DNA of 40,699 bases from the IMG/VR virus record IMGVR_UViG_3300020042_008834, positions 1-40,699 of that record. One strand, written 5' to 3'. The notes beneath the pieces were generated by a model. It ran no database searches. It was not told the origin of the DNA and saw only the letters and a program-made list of their open reading frames with translations. The DNA is from a virus (taxonomy: Duplodnaviria > Caudoviricetes). Both the position numbers and the translations under genes were made by a program. The number at the start of each line of letters is the position of its first letter. Position 1 is the first letter of the stretch. Shown piece after piece: positions 27,196 through 34,740 of this stretch.

Positions 27196-27227
27196 TAAAG
27201 GTCCGTCCATTTTTTCGATTTACAACC
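27196..27227 (-). promoter_or_regulatory. Early -33/-7 promoter, leaderless
   Basis: GGTTGTAAATCG...GGACCTTTA-GGCT-ATG. Confidence 0.6.
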
Positions 27228-27253
27228 CCGCTAATAGCGCGGGACATTGTGTG

Positions 27254-27278
27254 TAACTGTGTGATTGTCAGCAAGTTA
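27254..27278. promoter_or_regulatory. TAAC-N4-TGA-N3-TCA-N4-GTTA dyad site
   Basis: TAACtgtgTGAttgTCAgcaaGTTA. Confidence 0.6.
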
Positions 27279-27287
27279 AGCGCTTAT

Positions 27288-27638
27288 TTAGACATTCTCT
27301 AAATTAGTGTTTTCTGCGTTTTCTGCAGGAAAATTATTGGTAGTCATATACTGACCATCCACCACTCTATCTGCGTGAGTAAACCCGGCACTATCGTGTT
27401 CTGGACCGTCATCTTCCTGCGCATAGTGCGCATCTAAGAACTCCCAAATCTGGTCAGTTAACTCAAGGTCATCCAGCTCGTAACCGTGCTTAGTACGCAT
27501 GATTGAGTCGATCACTTTCCCGTCTTCATTCATATACTCAAGGACGTGAATAACGTCGTCTGACGCGGTTTTCAATACGGTTCTCTTGACCGTCAATACT
27601 TCTGTTTCTGTGTGTAAAATATCCATGATTTTGTGCAA
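27288..27638 (-). CDS. Acidic hypothetical protein
   Basis: ORF track; likely start ATG 27626. Confidence 0.65.
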   Translation of the reverse strand: MHKIMDILHTETEVLTVKRTVLKTASDDVIHVLEYMNEDGKVIDSIMRTKHGYELDDLELTDQIWEFLDAHYAQEDDGPEHDSAGFTHADRVVDGQYMTTNNFPAENAENTNLENV

Positions 27639-27640
27639 TT

Positions 27641-27982
27641 TTAAAGTTTCTTAATAAGTCGTTTTGCGATGGCATTGCTTGATACCAAGTCCAGGTACAG
27701 CATGTCAGCAGTGCGCATTTTAGCGGGATCTGACAACGATTCGATTGCACGTAGATCGTCGATACTAATCGGCTTCTGACGGATGTCAATTGCGTCATCT
27801 GCAGCTCTCAAAAGCTGTACGTACAGCGGGTGATCCTTCTCGATATCCTCGTTGTTATCGCAGTCGCGAATACTGTATTCCCACGACAATCCCGTGTCAG
27901 CAACGCGCACTTCGTAGTTAATGTTTTCATGCTCAATATCCACGAGAAATGAGCTAAATGTGGTGATGTTAAAAACGTCCAT
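27641..27982 (-). CDS. Hypothetical protein
   Basis: ORF track. Confidence 0.65.
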   Translation of the reverse strand: MDVFNITTFSSFLVDIEHENINYEVRVADTGLSWEYSIRDCDNNEDIEKDHPLYVQLLRAADDAIDIRQKPISIDDLRAIESLSDPAKMRTADMLYLDLVSSNAIAKRLIKKL

Positions 27983-28004
27983 TTTATGTATGTATTATAG
28001 GTTA

Positions 28005-28364
28005 TTACTTAGTTTGTGCGGTTAATGCGGTCAACTGACCCTTCACCATCTTATGCGGAACTCCGCCTATCATCACGTACTTGGACTGCATAGCATTCAA
28101 CGGTACACGTGGGTGGTTAGCACGTACCTTGGAGATACGCTGTAACACTGGTATTGCAGCAGTCTTGGACTCAACAGCAACGACAGCTTTCGTAGAAGTC
28201 TCGAAAGATGCGGTGTTAAAGAACTCCATAGACTTCTGGCGGTAGTGGTGTGATTGCCAGTCTATTGTCTCACGCTTATCAGCAGGGACTAATGTGAACT
28301 GTGCAGTAGCTGCAGGTTTGTACGCCTTCAAGGCGTTTTTCGGTTGTGTGTTCTTTTTATTCAT
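28005..28364 (-). CDS. Hypothetical basic protein
   Basis: ORF track; promoter immediately upstream. Confidence 0.7.
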   Translation of the reverse strand: MNKKNTQPKNALKAYKPAATAQFTLVPADKRETIDWQSHHYRQKSMEFFNTASFETSTKAVVAVESKTAAIPVLQRISKVRANHPRVPLNAMQSKYVMIGGVPHKMVKGQLTALTAQTK

Positions 28365-28368
28365 ATAC

Positions 28369-28400
28369 TAAAGATACTCCTAATATCCAGTTCTACAACC
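28369..28400 (-). promoter_or_regulatory. Early -33/-7 promoter, leaderless
   Basis: GGTTGTAGAACTGGATATTAGGAGTATCTTTA-GTAT-ATG. Confidence 0.65.
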
Positions 28401-28426
28401 GCGCGTGGCCTGCGGCCCCCTTTGCA

Positions 28427-28451
28427 TAACCCAGTGATTATCAACACGTTA
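28427..28451. promoter_or_regulatory. TAAC-N4-TGA-N3-TCA-N4-GTTA dyad site
   Basis: TAACccagTGAttaTCAacacGTTA. Confidence 0.6.
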
Positions 28452-28493
28452 CCGTGTTATTTAGAACCTCTCTAAATTAGTGTTTCCCGCATT

Positions 28494-28928
28494 TTATGGG
28501 GCGACTTTTTTTACACCCGTCTTGTAAACCTTTAACCACAGACGTGCGTTGTTCCACCACCCACTATACAAGTGGTAGCAAATGTCGTCGTTGGGATGCT
28601 CAAACTCGCTACTCCACACGAAATTCACAATGTTCCCTGTCTTTGGATTATACAGCGTAATCTCCGTGTATATACCCTTGCTATATTCATACAGCCGCTT
28701 ACCAAATGCATTAGCCGTGGTGACCAAGGTGGAAGCAACTTCATCGTAATGAAAAGCGTCCTTCGTAAGATCCGCATGAATCGTGGTTAAAGGAGGCGCT
28801 ATAACTTGCTCCAATGCCTCTTTGTACAGCGTAGCTACCGGGGAGCTTACGGTCATTGTGGTTTGGTAGTTGCTATTCATGCCGTGTAGCAGCTTGCCTA
28901 GCAATGAGTCTTCTTCAGTTGGTTCCAT
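28494..28928 (-). CDS. Hypothetical protein, local paralog family member 1
   Basis: Shares the F.YDE...TL / I.L.N..T...V.F / Y......L.L.V[WY] pattern with the next three ORFs. Confidence 0.65.
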   Translation of the reverse strand: MEPTEEDSLLGKLLHGMNSNYQTTMTVSSPVATLYKEALEQVIAPPLTTIHADLTKDAFHYDEVASTLVTTANAFGKRLYEYSKGIYTEITLYNPKTGNIVNFVWSSEFEHPNDDICYHLYSGWWNNARLWLKVYKTGVKKVAP

Positions 28929-28930
28929 GT

Positions 28931-29246
28931 TTATATGTTTTTATATGTGTAGTTACTGACCAGTGTAGATGCGTCTTTCCACACGTTTAGCACAATAGAT
29001 TTTCCCTTGTGATCCGCGCGATACATGATGCAATTATCAAGACATGTTGCAAACTGCTTGAACCGCAGGATTACATTAGTCTCATCACTCTCTACGTCGA
29101 TAGGTTGCTTTATCCAACCGCCATCCATAGATGGCGTGTGATCAGGTCCGAATATATTGTGGCGTGTAATGTGCAATGTACGCGTAGGTTCATCGTATAT
29201 AGTTGAGCTATCTATTGTAATCTTAAAGGCTGTTTCTGTGTTGCAT
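28931..29246 (-). CDS. Hypothetical protein, paralog family member 2; 5' end needs a +1 shift or a non-ATG start
   Basis: Homology (IYDEPTRTLHIT) extends upstream of the TTG at 29176; the nearest ATG (29246) is out of frame and ends at CTT-TAA. Confidence 0.55.
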
Positions 29247-29263
29247 GTAATGTAGGTTATCTA

Positions 29264-29884
29264 TTAGTTAGTACAATGGTTCAGTAATGTCTTTGGTGCA
29301 ATGCACGTCATGTGCAGTAAATCCACCCCAAGGAATAGATCGTTCAATAAGTCGCGGAACATCACGCGTCTCTCGCTAGCCGCAACCATCTCAAAGTCCG
29401 CGTATCCGTCGGTATCCGTGTTGTGTACGCGGATGATGCAATACCCAATGTCTTTGCATCTTTTGAGCAGTTCCTTATGCCGTAATAGTGCGCCATCCGA
29501 GATGGTTACAATACGCTGTTGTTCGTGGAATGACATTATATGGCCTTCTTGATAAATCTGTATGAACTCCACGTTATCCACGGTTGCTATGCCATCTGTC
29601 TCCTTGACATGACGCGACATACACGATGCTAAGCCAGACTCTCCAACGAGCGTCTGTTTCCCGCTATTATCAACGATCCCATATAGTACTGTGGATCTAT
29701 GCGCTGGAGCGGGGTGTTTGCCAATCGCAAATACCTTCGCTTTTGTGTACCTTGGCATAGCGAGGTTCTCTATCTTGTTGTCAAAGAGCATCTGCTCGAA
29801 CATATCCACAAACTGCGGGTAAGTGTTCCCAGGCTCTACAACCCACACGTATTGCCCTATCTTGAATTTTGGTTTGTATTTCAT
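29264..29884 (-). CDS. Hypothetical protein, N-terminal SH3-like (KFKIGQYV) domain plus paralog-family domain
   Basis: ORF track; IRVHNTDTD..ADF...VMFR motif. Confidence 0.65.
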   Translation of the reverse strand: MKYKPKFKIGQYVWVVEPGNTYPQFVDMFEQMLFDNKIENLAMPRYTKAKVFAIGKHPAPAHRSTVLYGIVDNSGKQTLVGESGLASCMSRHVKETDGIATVDNVEFIQIYQEGHIMSFHEQQRIVTISDGALLRHKELLKRCKDIGYCIIRVHNTDTDGYADFEMVAASERRVMFRDLLNDLFLGVDLLHMTCIAPKTLLNHCTN

Positions 29885-29941
29885 ATCTACGTTTTATGTG
29901 TGTTTCATCTTATGTATGTTATATGGTACCAAACACGCAAT

Positions 29942-30271
29942 TTATGCGGGGTTGGTAACCTTTATGTTACCTTCTTTTACTGCGCGATCTCTGGTAGCCC
30001 AGTCTATCCACACGTCAAGATACAATGTCTTGCCATTGTAAACACTCTGGAACATTGCGCGATTTGCTTCTGGCCCTGTATCCATCCATGGTCTGAACAG
30101 CACAGACACATCGGTATCTGCGTTAGTTACGAGTATGTTCTCCTTGCACCATTTCCCGAACTCCATCCTACCTGCAAATATATCGTCTATTGTAACGTGC
30201 AATGTACGCATGTCTTCCTCGTATATGAAGTCTCCTTTTGATGGTTGTAGTAATAGTCTGTATTCTGCCAT
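29942..30271 (-). CDS. Hypothetical protein, paralog family member 4
   Basis: FIYEEDMRTLHVT...ILVTNADTDVSVLF...MFQSVYNGKTLYLDVWID. Confidence 0.7.
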   Translation of the reverse strand: MAEYRLLLQPSKGDFIYEEDMRTLHVTIDDIFAGRMEFGKWCKENILVTNADTDVSVLFRPWMDTGPEANRAMFQSVYNGKTLYLDVWIDWATRDRAVKEGNIKVTNPA

Positions 30272-30394
30272 AATAGTGTTGTTTCTTGTGTATGCTAATG
30301 TCTCCTAATGCTACTATAGGCCCATCAGGGGATGGGATAGACACCACACACCGTGTGGGGTTGAGTGTCTGTTTCCTATAGGAAAAAAAATATG

Positions 30395-30612
30395 TGCGGG
30401 ATATGAACCCGCCTAATTTGGGTTTTTAAACCCGCTCCTACCCCCGGTTTTCACGTTATTATAGGGGTGTATACCCCCCCTATATACAGCGTAAATCTAT
30501 GGGGGGACCCCCCTTGTATACAGCTGTTCTAGAGGGGGGGACCCCTCCCGCTTATACAGTCGCAGGTACCCCCCCTATACCCCCACGTTTCTATGGGTGT
30601 ATCCCCCTACAC
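30395..30612. repeat. Non-coding G/C-tract repeat region
   Basis: Units such as GGGGTGTATACCCCCC-TATATACAGC, GGGGGGACCCCCC-TTGTATACAGC and GGGGGGGACCCCTCCC-GCTTATACAGT at roughly 35-bp spacing. Confidence 0.7.
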
Positions 30613-32754
30613 CTATGCTTTCGCAGATGGTGCAAGGAACTTGCTGTTCAATGTTCTTGCTATCCCTAGCATGTCCTGTGCAGTTACTGCGAAGCTATTC
30701 TTTGCTCCGTACATCTTTGAGAAGTACTCCTTCACTACTGGCTTATGCGTAGACTCCCCGTATGACCCGTACTCTATGAAGAAGCTTATTATCTTCATCC
30801 CTAGCTGGTTCTCTAAGAGCTGCATGTACTTGCGAGTATGCCTTGATGCTGCTTCCCCGTAGTAATTGCCTGTTCCACCAGGTGCTCCATCGGAGAAGTT
30901 AATGAAGTAGCTTTCGCAGTTGTTATTGCTTGGTACGAACATATTACGCTTGTACTGCGCTTCGAAGCATAGTCCCTCCGGAGTTACGCTACAAGTGCTG
31001 GTTAGCGCTAGGGCTTGCATTAGCTGTTGTAGCGGGTTAATGCGGCTGTCGTAAACAGTGATGATTACTGGGCTGCTCTGCTTATCGTTAGCTGTATGTC
31101 TAAGGCTTACTTGTACGTGCATGTTAGTGCAGTGTCTAGCAGCCTTGGCAATTGCAATGGTCATAGACGATGTCTGTTCCCACTTGTCTCCACCCATACT
31201 ACCACTTGCATCCAGCGATAAGTGCAGGTTTACACCTTTGTACTTGTCTACGTGGATCTGCTTGAAGATGTTCTCTACTCCGTATCCTGCGTGGGCTATA
31301 CGCTTAGCATCTAGACCACCAGTTCTCAAGCGGTTTGTAACCAACTCTCTCTCCTCGTTTCTAAGCTGTAACTTGCGTCCTAGCATAGCTCCCTGGTTGA
31401 ATCCCGCTTGTACTGCCTTGTCCTTACCAGAGCTGTGTCCCTTGTAGAAGTAAGACCCTATTGCCTCGTTCAATACATGCGCGTACACACGTTGTCTATC
31501 CTCAGGTATACTGGAGCCTAGAAGCGCCATGTACTCCATGAAGATACGGCCGTTCTTAGTAAGGTCGTAGGTTACTGCAGTAAAGCTCTGGATATGATCT
31601 TCCCCTCCAACCTGCTGTATTTCTGCAGCAGCTTGCGTTAAGCTCTGCACCTTCTTCTGCAGGTTCCTGGTACCTTCCTTTCTCTCTTCAACTCTTCCCT
31701 CTCCTAAGTCCTTCTGTTTCTGCAGTGCTTCACGTGCCTCTCTCTCCTCCGCAGTACTAAGGTCTTCTAGAGTCTCTCCTCCTTCTTCCCCACTATCTGC
31801 GCCAGACTCATCATCCTCGCCATCTTCCCCGCCATCATTGCCGGCTCCACCCTCTTCACTATCATCCTCATCCTCAGGCTTCTCGCCAGAACCCTGGCCT
31901 TTGCCACCCTTGCCCTCAGACTGCTTGTCCTGCGGCTCTCCGTCCTTCTCCTCTTGCTCCTGCTGTTCCTGCACCTTAGAGAGAGTCTGACTGATTAAGT
32001 CATGCACTTCCTTTGCAAGATCTATAACATCCTGAGTAGTCCTCAGACGTGCAATGTTCGCAGTGTCTATAAGATCCAAGACTTGCTTAAGTCCAGGCAT
32101 AGCGCTAGGATCCGAAGCTGGGTTTAGACTATTGATGATACGCATCTCCCATGACTCCCACTGCGAAGCATCACGAAACTTGCTACTCTTGAGAGCTTTA
32201 GTTATCGCATCAGCTACAAAGTAGGTATCATACAACTTGTGATAGTATGCGCGATACCCGGGGGATGTAGAGAATACAAACTGGTCAATACGTCTGTCCT
32301 CAATCCAGTTAATAAGCGGGAATAAAGTCCTCCACGTGTCATGAGCTGTATTCATGCGTACTTGCGAAGTAGCCTCAAAGTCAGTCATAATGCAGTGTGC
32401 AGACTCGTGTAGAGCCAGCGCTACGTGCAGGTCAAAGTTAGCATCCTTAATGTCCGCAGATAACGAGATGGTCTTGCCATCCGTATAGCTCTGGTTTCCC
32501 TGGAAGACTAGCTTGATATCCTTCTTAGTCAGGATCTTTGCGAAGTTCCCGATGGCACGGTGATAACCCGCTAATTTAATAGCTTTGATAACATCACTGG
32601 TACCCTTGGAACCTGCACCAAGTCCGGAGAACTTATCTGATGCACCCCAGCTCTTGTCCATCCAGAAGCTGCTGTAATTGCGGGTAGTGTCGTACTTGGA
32701 CTTCGCAGTCTTTGCGTGCTTGCGGACGATCGATTTAATGCTTGCGTTTTTCAT
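30613..32754 (-). CDS. vWA-domain protein with N-terminal HEXXH domain and acidic linker (CobT-like partner of the MoxR/CbbQ ATPase)
   Basis: ALHESAH...NWIEDRRID; E/D/G-rich linker; MIDAS DASGSM...TPEG...FSDGAP. Confidence 0.88.
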   Translation of the reverse strand: MKNASIKSIVRKHAKTAKSKYDTTRNYSSFWMDKSWGASDKFSGLGAGSKGTSDVIKAIKLAGYHRAIGNFAKILTKKDIKLVFQGNQSYTDGKTISLSADIKDANFDLHVALALHESAHCIMTDFEATSQVRMNTAHDTWRTLFPLINWIEDRRIDQFVFSTSPGYRAYYHKLYDTYFVADAITKALKSSKFRDASQWESWEMRIINSLNPASDPSAMPGLKQVLDLIDTANIARLRTTQDVIDLAKEVHDLISQTLSKVQEQQEQEEKDGEPQDKQSEGKGGKGQGSGEKPEDEDDSEEGGAGNDGGEDGEDDESGADSGEEGGETLEDLSTAEEREAREALQKQKDLGEGRVEERKEGTRNLQKKVQSLTQAAAEIQQVGGEDHIQSFTAVTYDLTKNGRIFMEYMALLGSSIPEDRQRVYAHVLNEAIGSYFYKGHSSGKDKAVQAGFNQGAMLGRKLQLRNEERELVTNRLRTGGLDAKRIAHAGYGVENIFKQIHVDKYKGVNLHLSLDASGSMGGDKWEQTSSMTIAIAKAARHCTNMHVQVSLRHTANDKQSSPVIITVYDSRINPLQQLMQALALTSTCSVTPEGLCFEAQYKRNMFVPSNNNCESYFINFSDGAPGGTGNYYGEAASRHTRKYMQLLENQLGMKIISFFIEYGSYGESTHKPVVKEYFSKMYGAKNSFAVTAQDMLGIARTLNSKFLAPSAKA

Positions 32755-32772
32755 ATGTGTGTGTTTATAGGA

Positions 32773-32805
32773 TAAAGATCACCCTATTATTTGGATATAC
32801 AACCG
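32773..32805 (-). promoter_or_regulatory. Early promoter of the vWA gene; near-duplicate of the AAA promoter
   Basis: CGGTTGTATATCCAAATAATAGGGTGATCTTTA. Confidence 0.7.
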
Positions 32806-32890
32806 TTGTATGCTAATTTATATTCATTCTAAATAAGCCTGGGATCCTATGATCTATACGATCTAAGTGGGATCCATTGGATCTACCCCG

Positions 32891-32915
32891 TAACTAACTG
32901 AATATCAGCAAACTA
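32891..32915. promoter_or_regulatory. Degenerate TAAC-N4-TGA-N3-TCA dyad site
   Basis: TAACtaacTGAataTCAgcaaACTA. Confidence 0.45.
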
Positions 32916-32940
32916 AGAACCCCCTTTGACAGGGGGCTCT
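32916..32940 (-). terminator. Intrinsic terminator hairpin (possibly bidirectional)
   Basis: Minus strand AGAGCCCCCT-GTCAA-AGGGGGTTCT-TAGTTT, downstream of the wHTH gene. Confidence 0.65.
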
Positions 32941-32971
32941 TTCGCTTTGTAACACACACAAAACTACTTAG

Positions 32972-33199
32972 TTAGGCAATCTTGCGGCCCTTCTTCGTAA
33001 TGCGGTAAATACCGTTGTCTACGCGCTTTAATAGCTTCTCAGTAACTGCAGTACGTGCAGCTCTCATTACTACCCCATCGAATGAACGGTTGTCCATTTC
33101 TGTAGTGGGGATGCGCATTCTACGACGTAGTGTAGAACGGTCAATAGTTTCCTCGTTTGATGCAGCGTAGAGTACACGCTCTTTCCATGTTTTGGTCAT
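32972..33199 (-). CDS. Small winged-helix DNA-binding protein (start revised to MTKTWKE)
   Basis: LLKRVDNGIYRITKKG wing motif; -33/-7 promoter at about 33224-33255 lies inside the listed N-terminal extension. Confidence 0.6.
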   Translation of the reverse strand: MTKTWKERVLYAASNEETIDRSTLRRRMRIPTTEMDNRSFDGVVMRAARTAVTEKLLKRVDNGIYRITKKGRKIA

Positions 33200-33494
33200 A
33201 ACCTTATGTATTGATTTATATTTACAATATACGCTAAACATTCCGTAAAAACAACGGGTTGGGTGTTTATTTTTTATAGAAAAAAATTTGCGGATCGGCA
33301 AAAGAATTTGTTAAATTTCCCATTCTTCCTATTTTTCATGAGTGTCTATCTATTTTTAAAGTGTCTTGCTTATACGCCCTAAGCGAATGATACGCTAAAA
33401 GTATCTGAGTGTCTATCCTATCCTAAGGGACACAATAAAGGGGGAAGCTTTCGTCTCTCCCCCCCGGTGTTATACTATACTATGTCTCTATCTG

Positions 33495-33828
33495 TTATAC
33501 CTGTCTACTTAGTGTTGTTTGATAGGCTTGTATGGCTGTATACGCATTCGCCATGTCTGCTGCTGAAAGGAAGTTGTTTGTTGCTATGAATGCAAATGCT
33601 ATATTCTGATTAGTATAGCCTGTTATGGTATCTGATCCTGGGTCAAATATACCATCAGTACTTGATACTTCACTTAATGCTCCAATCTTTAATGATCTGT
33701 TTACATATAAATAGGCACCTGGAGTAATATTTGATGTACCGTTCACTGTCCCATTTTTGTATATGGCTACTTGACTAGCTGAGCCACTTGATATACTATA
33801 GAATCCACTCTTGTTTGTATTGTTAGAG
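33495..33828 (-). pseudogene. Orphan C-terminal fragment of a LamG/tail-fibre-like virion protein
   Basis: Frame open from about 33855, reading SNNTNKSGFYSISSGSASQVAIYKNGT...AFAFI...YTAIQAYQTTLSRQV; no plausible native start. Confidence 0.55.
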
Positions 33829-33979
33829 TATCTTGTTCTCCAAAAAATAAAACTCTATTTTCAAATTCACTAACTAACCACTCTGGTCTATCTGATAGTA
33901 CTACTTGACCGGTTTCTTGATCAAACCCATTAAATTGAACTGCTTCAATTACAACTAGTTTCTTTCTATACTGTCCCAT
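33767..33979 (-). pseudogene. 3'-truncated member of the common phage YRKKxVVIEAVQF protein family
   Basis: Family-like sequence stops at TLTIQT; the usual LEG...GD...GEFYPCKPDIF half is missing. Confidence 0.55.
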
Positions 33980-34350
33980 TAGAAACTTACTGTAGAAAGA
34001 ACTTTGATGATAGTTGTTTCTGGATCAAAGTCGTTTCCTAATTCTTTTGCAACTAATAGATCAATTGATGTTCCATTTTTTTGCTCAACCCATAATTGCT
34101 TTACGAATTTTGTTGAATTAATTTCATTTGTATCCTTATCTCTTTTGATTGTAAATACTGCTACGTTTACTTGTTTTGGTGTCATATTTTTTGAATTTGT
34201 TATTGCTGTTGATATTGAATAGTTTGATGAACTGTCGCTGATGCTTACTCCTGGAGGAAAAAATGCTCCTGTTCCACCATTTATTGTTCCTGAATATCCT
34301 AAGGTTGTTGTTGTTCCTATTAATCCGGTCGATGTTGTTGTTTCGTTCAT
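33979..34350 (-). CDS. Hypothetical protein with Thr/Gly/Ser-rich N-terminus
   Basis: ORF track; TAATG coupling. Confidence 0.6.
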   Translation of the reverse strand: MNETTTSTGLIGTTTTLGYSGTINGGTGAFFPPGVSISDSSSNYSISTAITNSKNMTPKQVNVAVFTIKRDKDTNEINSTKFVKQLWVEQKNGTSIDLLVAKELGNDFDPETTIIKVLSTVSF

Positions 34351-34362
34351 ATTATTTGTCAG

Positions 34363-34611
34363 TCATTGGTTATAGTCCTGACAATCACTTACTGAAAGTT
34401 CTATATCTGGATTTTGTTGTTTGTTAAAGTACTCTTTTAAAAATTCTCTTCTGTAGAGCAGTACTTCTCCTTTAAATCGGGTATTGTTGATGGCTCTTTT
34501 TCCGAATTGCTCTTTAGCTCTAGTAGCAGCTGTTGCTACTTGCTTTCCTAATTCAGCACCTGCTGCATAACCTAAATAATCATACAATGATATTAATTCT
34601 GCTTGTTCCAT
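34363..34611 (-). CDS. Hypothetical protein
   Basis: SLYDYLGYAAG..LG..V...Y.REFL..YF. Confidence 0.7.
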   Translation of the reverse strand: MEQAELISLYDYLGYAAGAELGKQVATAATRAKEQFGKRAINNTRFKGEVLLYRREFLKEYFNKQQNPDIELSVSDCQDYNQ

Positions 34612-34739
34612 AATGATTTTATTTTACATTTAATATAAGAAAAATATCCTCCAAAGACAACAAAAAGAGCAGAAATATTTAATAAATGTGGATGATTTTC
34701 TCCACATGCTCCGCATACATGTTCAATAACTTCTCCCAT
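34593..34739 (-). CDS. Small Cys/His-containing membrane protein (48 aa)
   Basis: Read manually: MGEVIEHVCGACGENHPHLLNISALFVVFGGYFSYIK... Confidence 0.5.
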   Translation of the reverse strand: MGEVIEHVCGACGENHPHLLNISALFVVFGGYFSYIKCKIKSLWNKQN

Positions 34740-34740
34740 G

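Noticed and set aside
30395-30612. CRISPR array or tRNA in the repeat region
   Set aside because: Units are degenerate homopolymer palindromes without constant repeats plus unique spacers; no cloverleaf or T-loop motif.
33200-33301. N-terminal extension of the 109-aa ORF
   Set aside because: It overlaps a -33/-7 promoter; ATG 33199 is the more plausible start.
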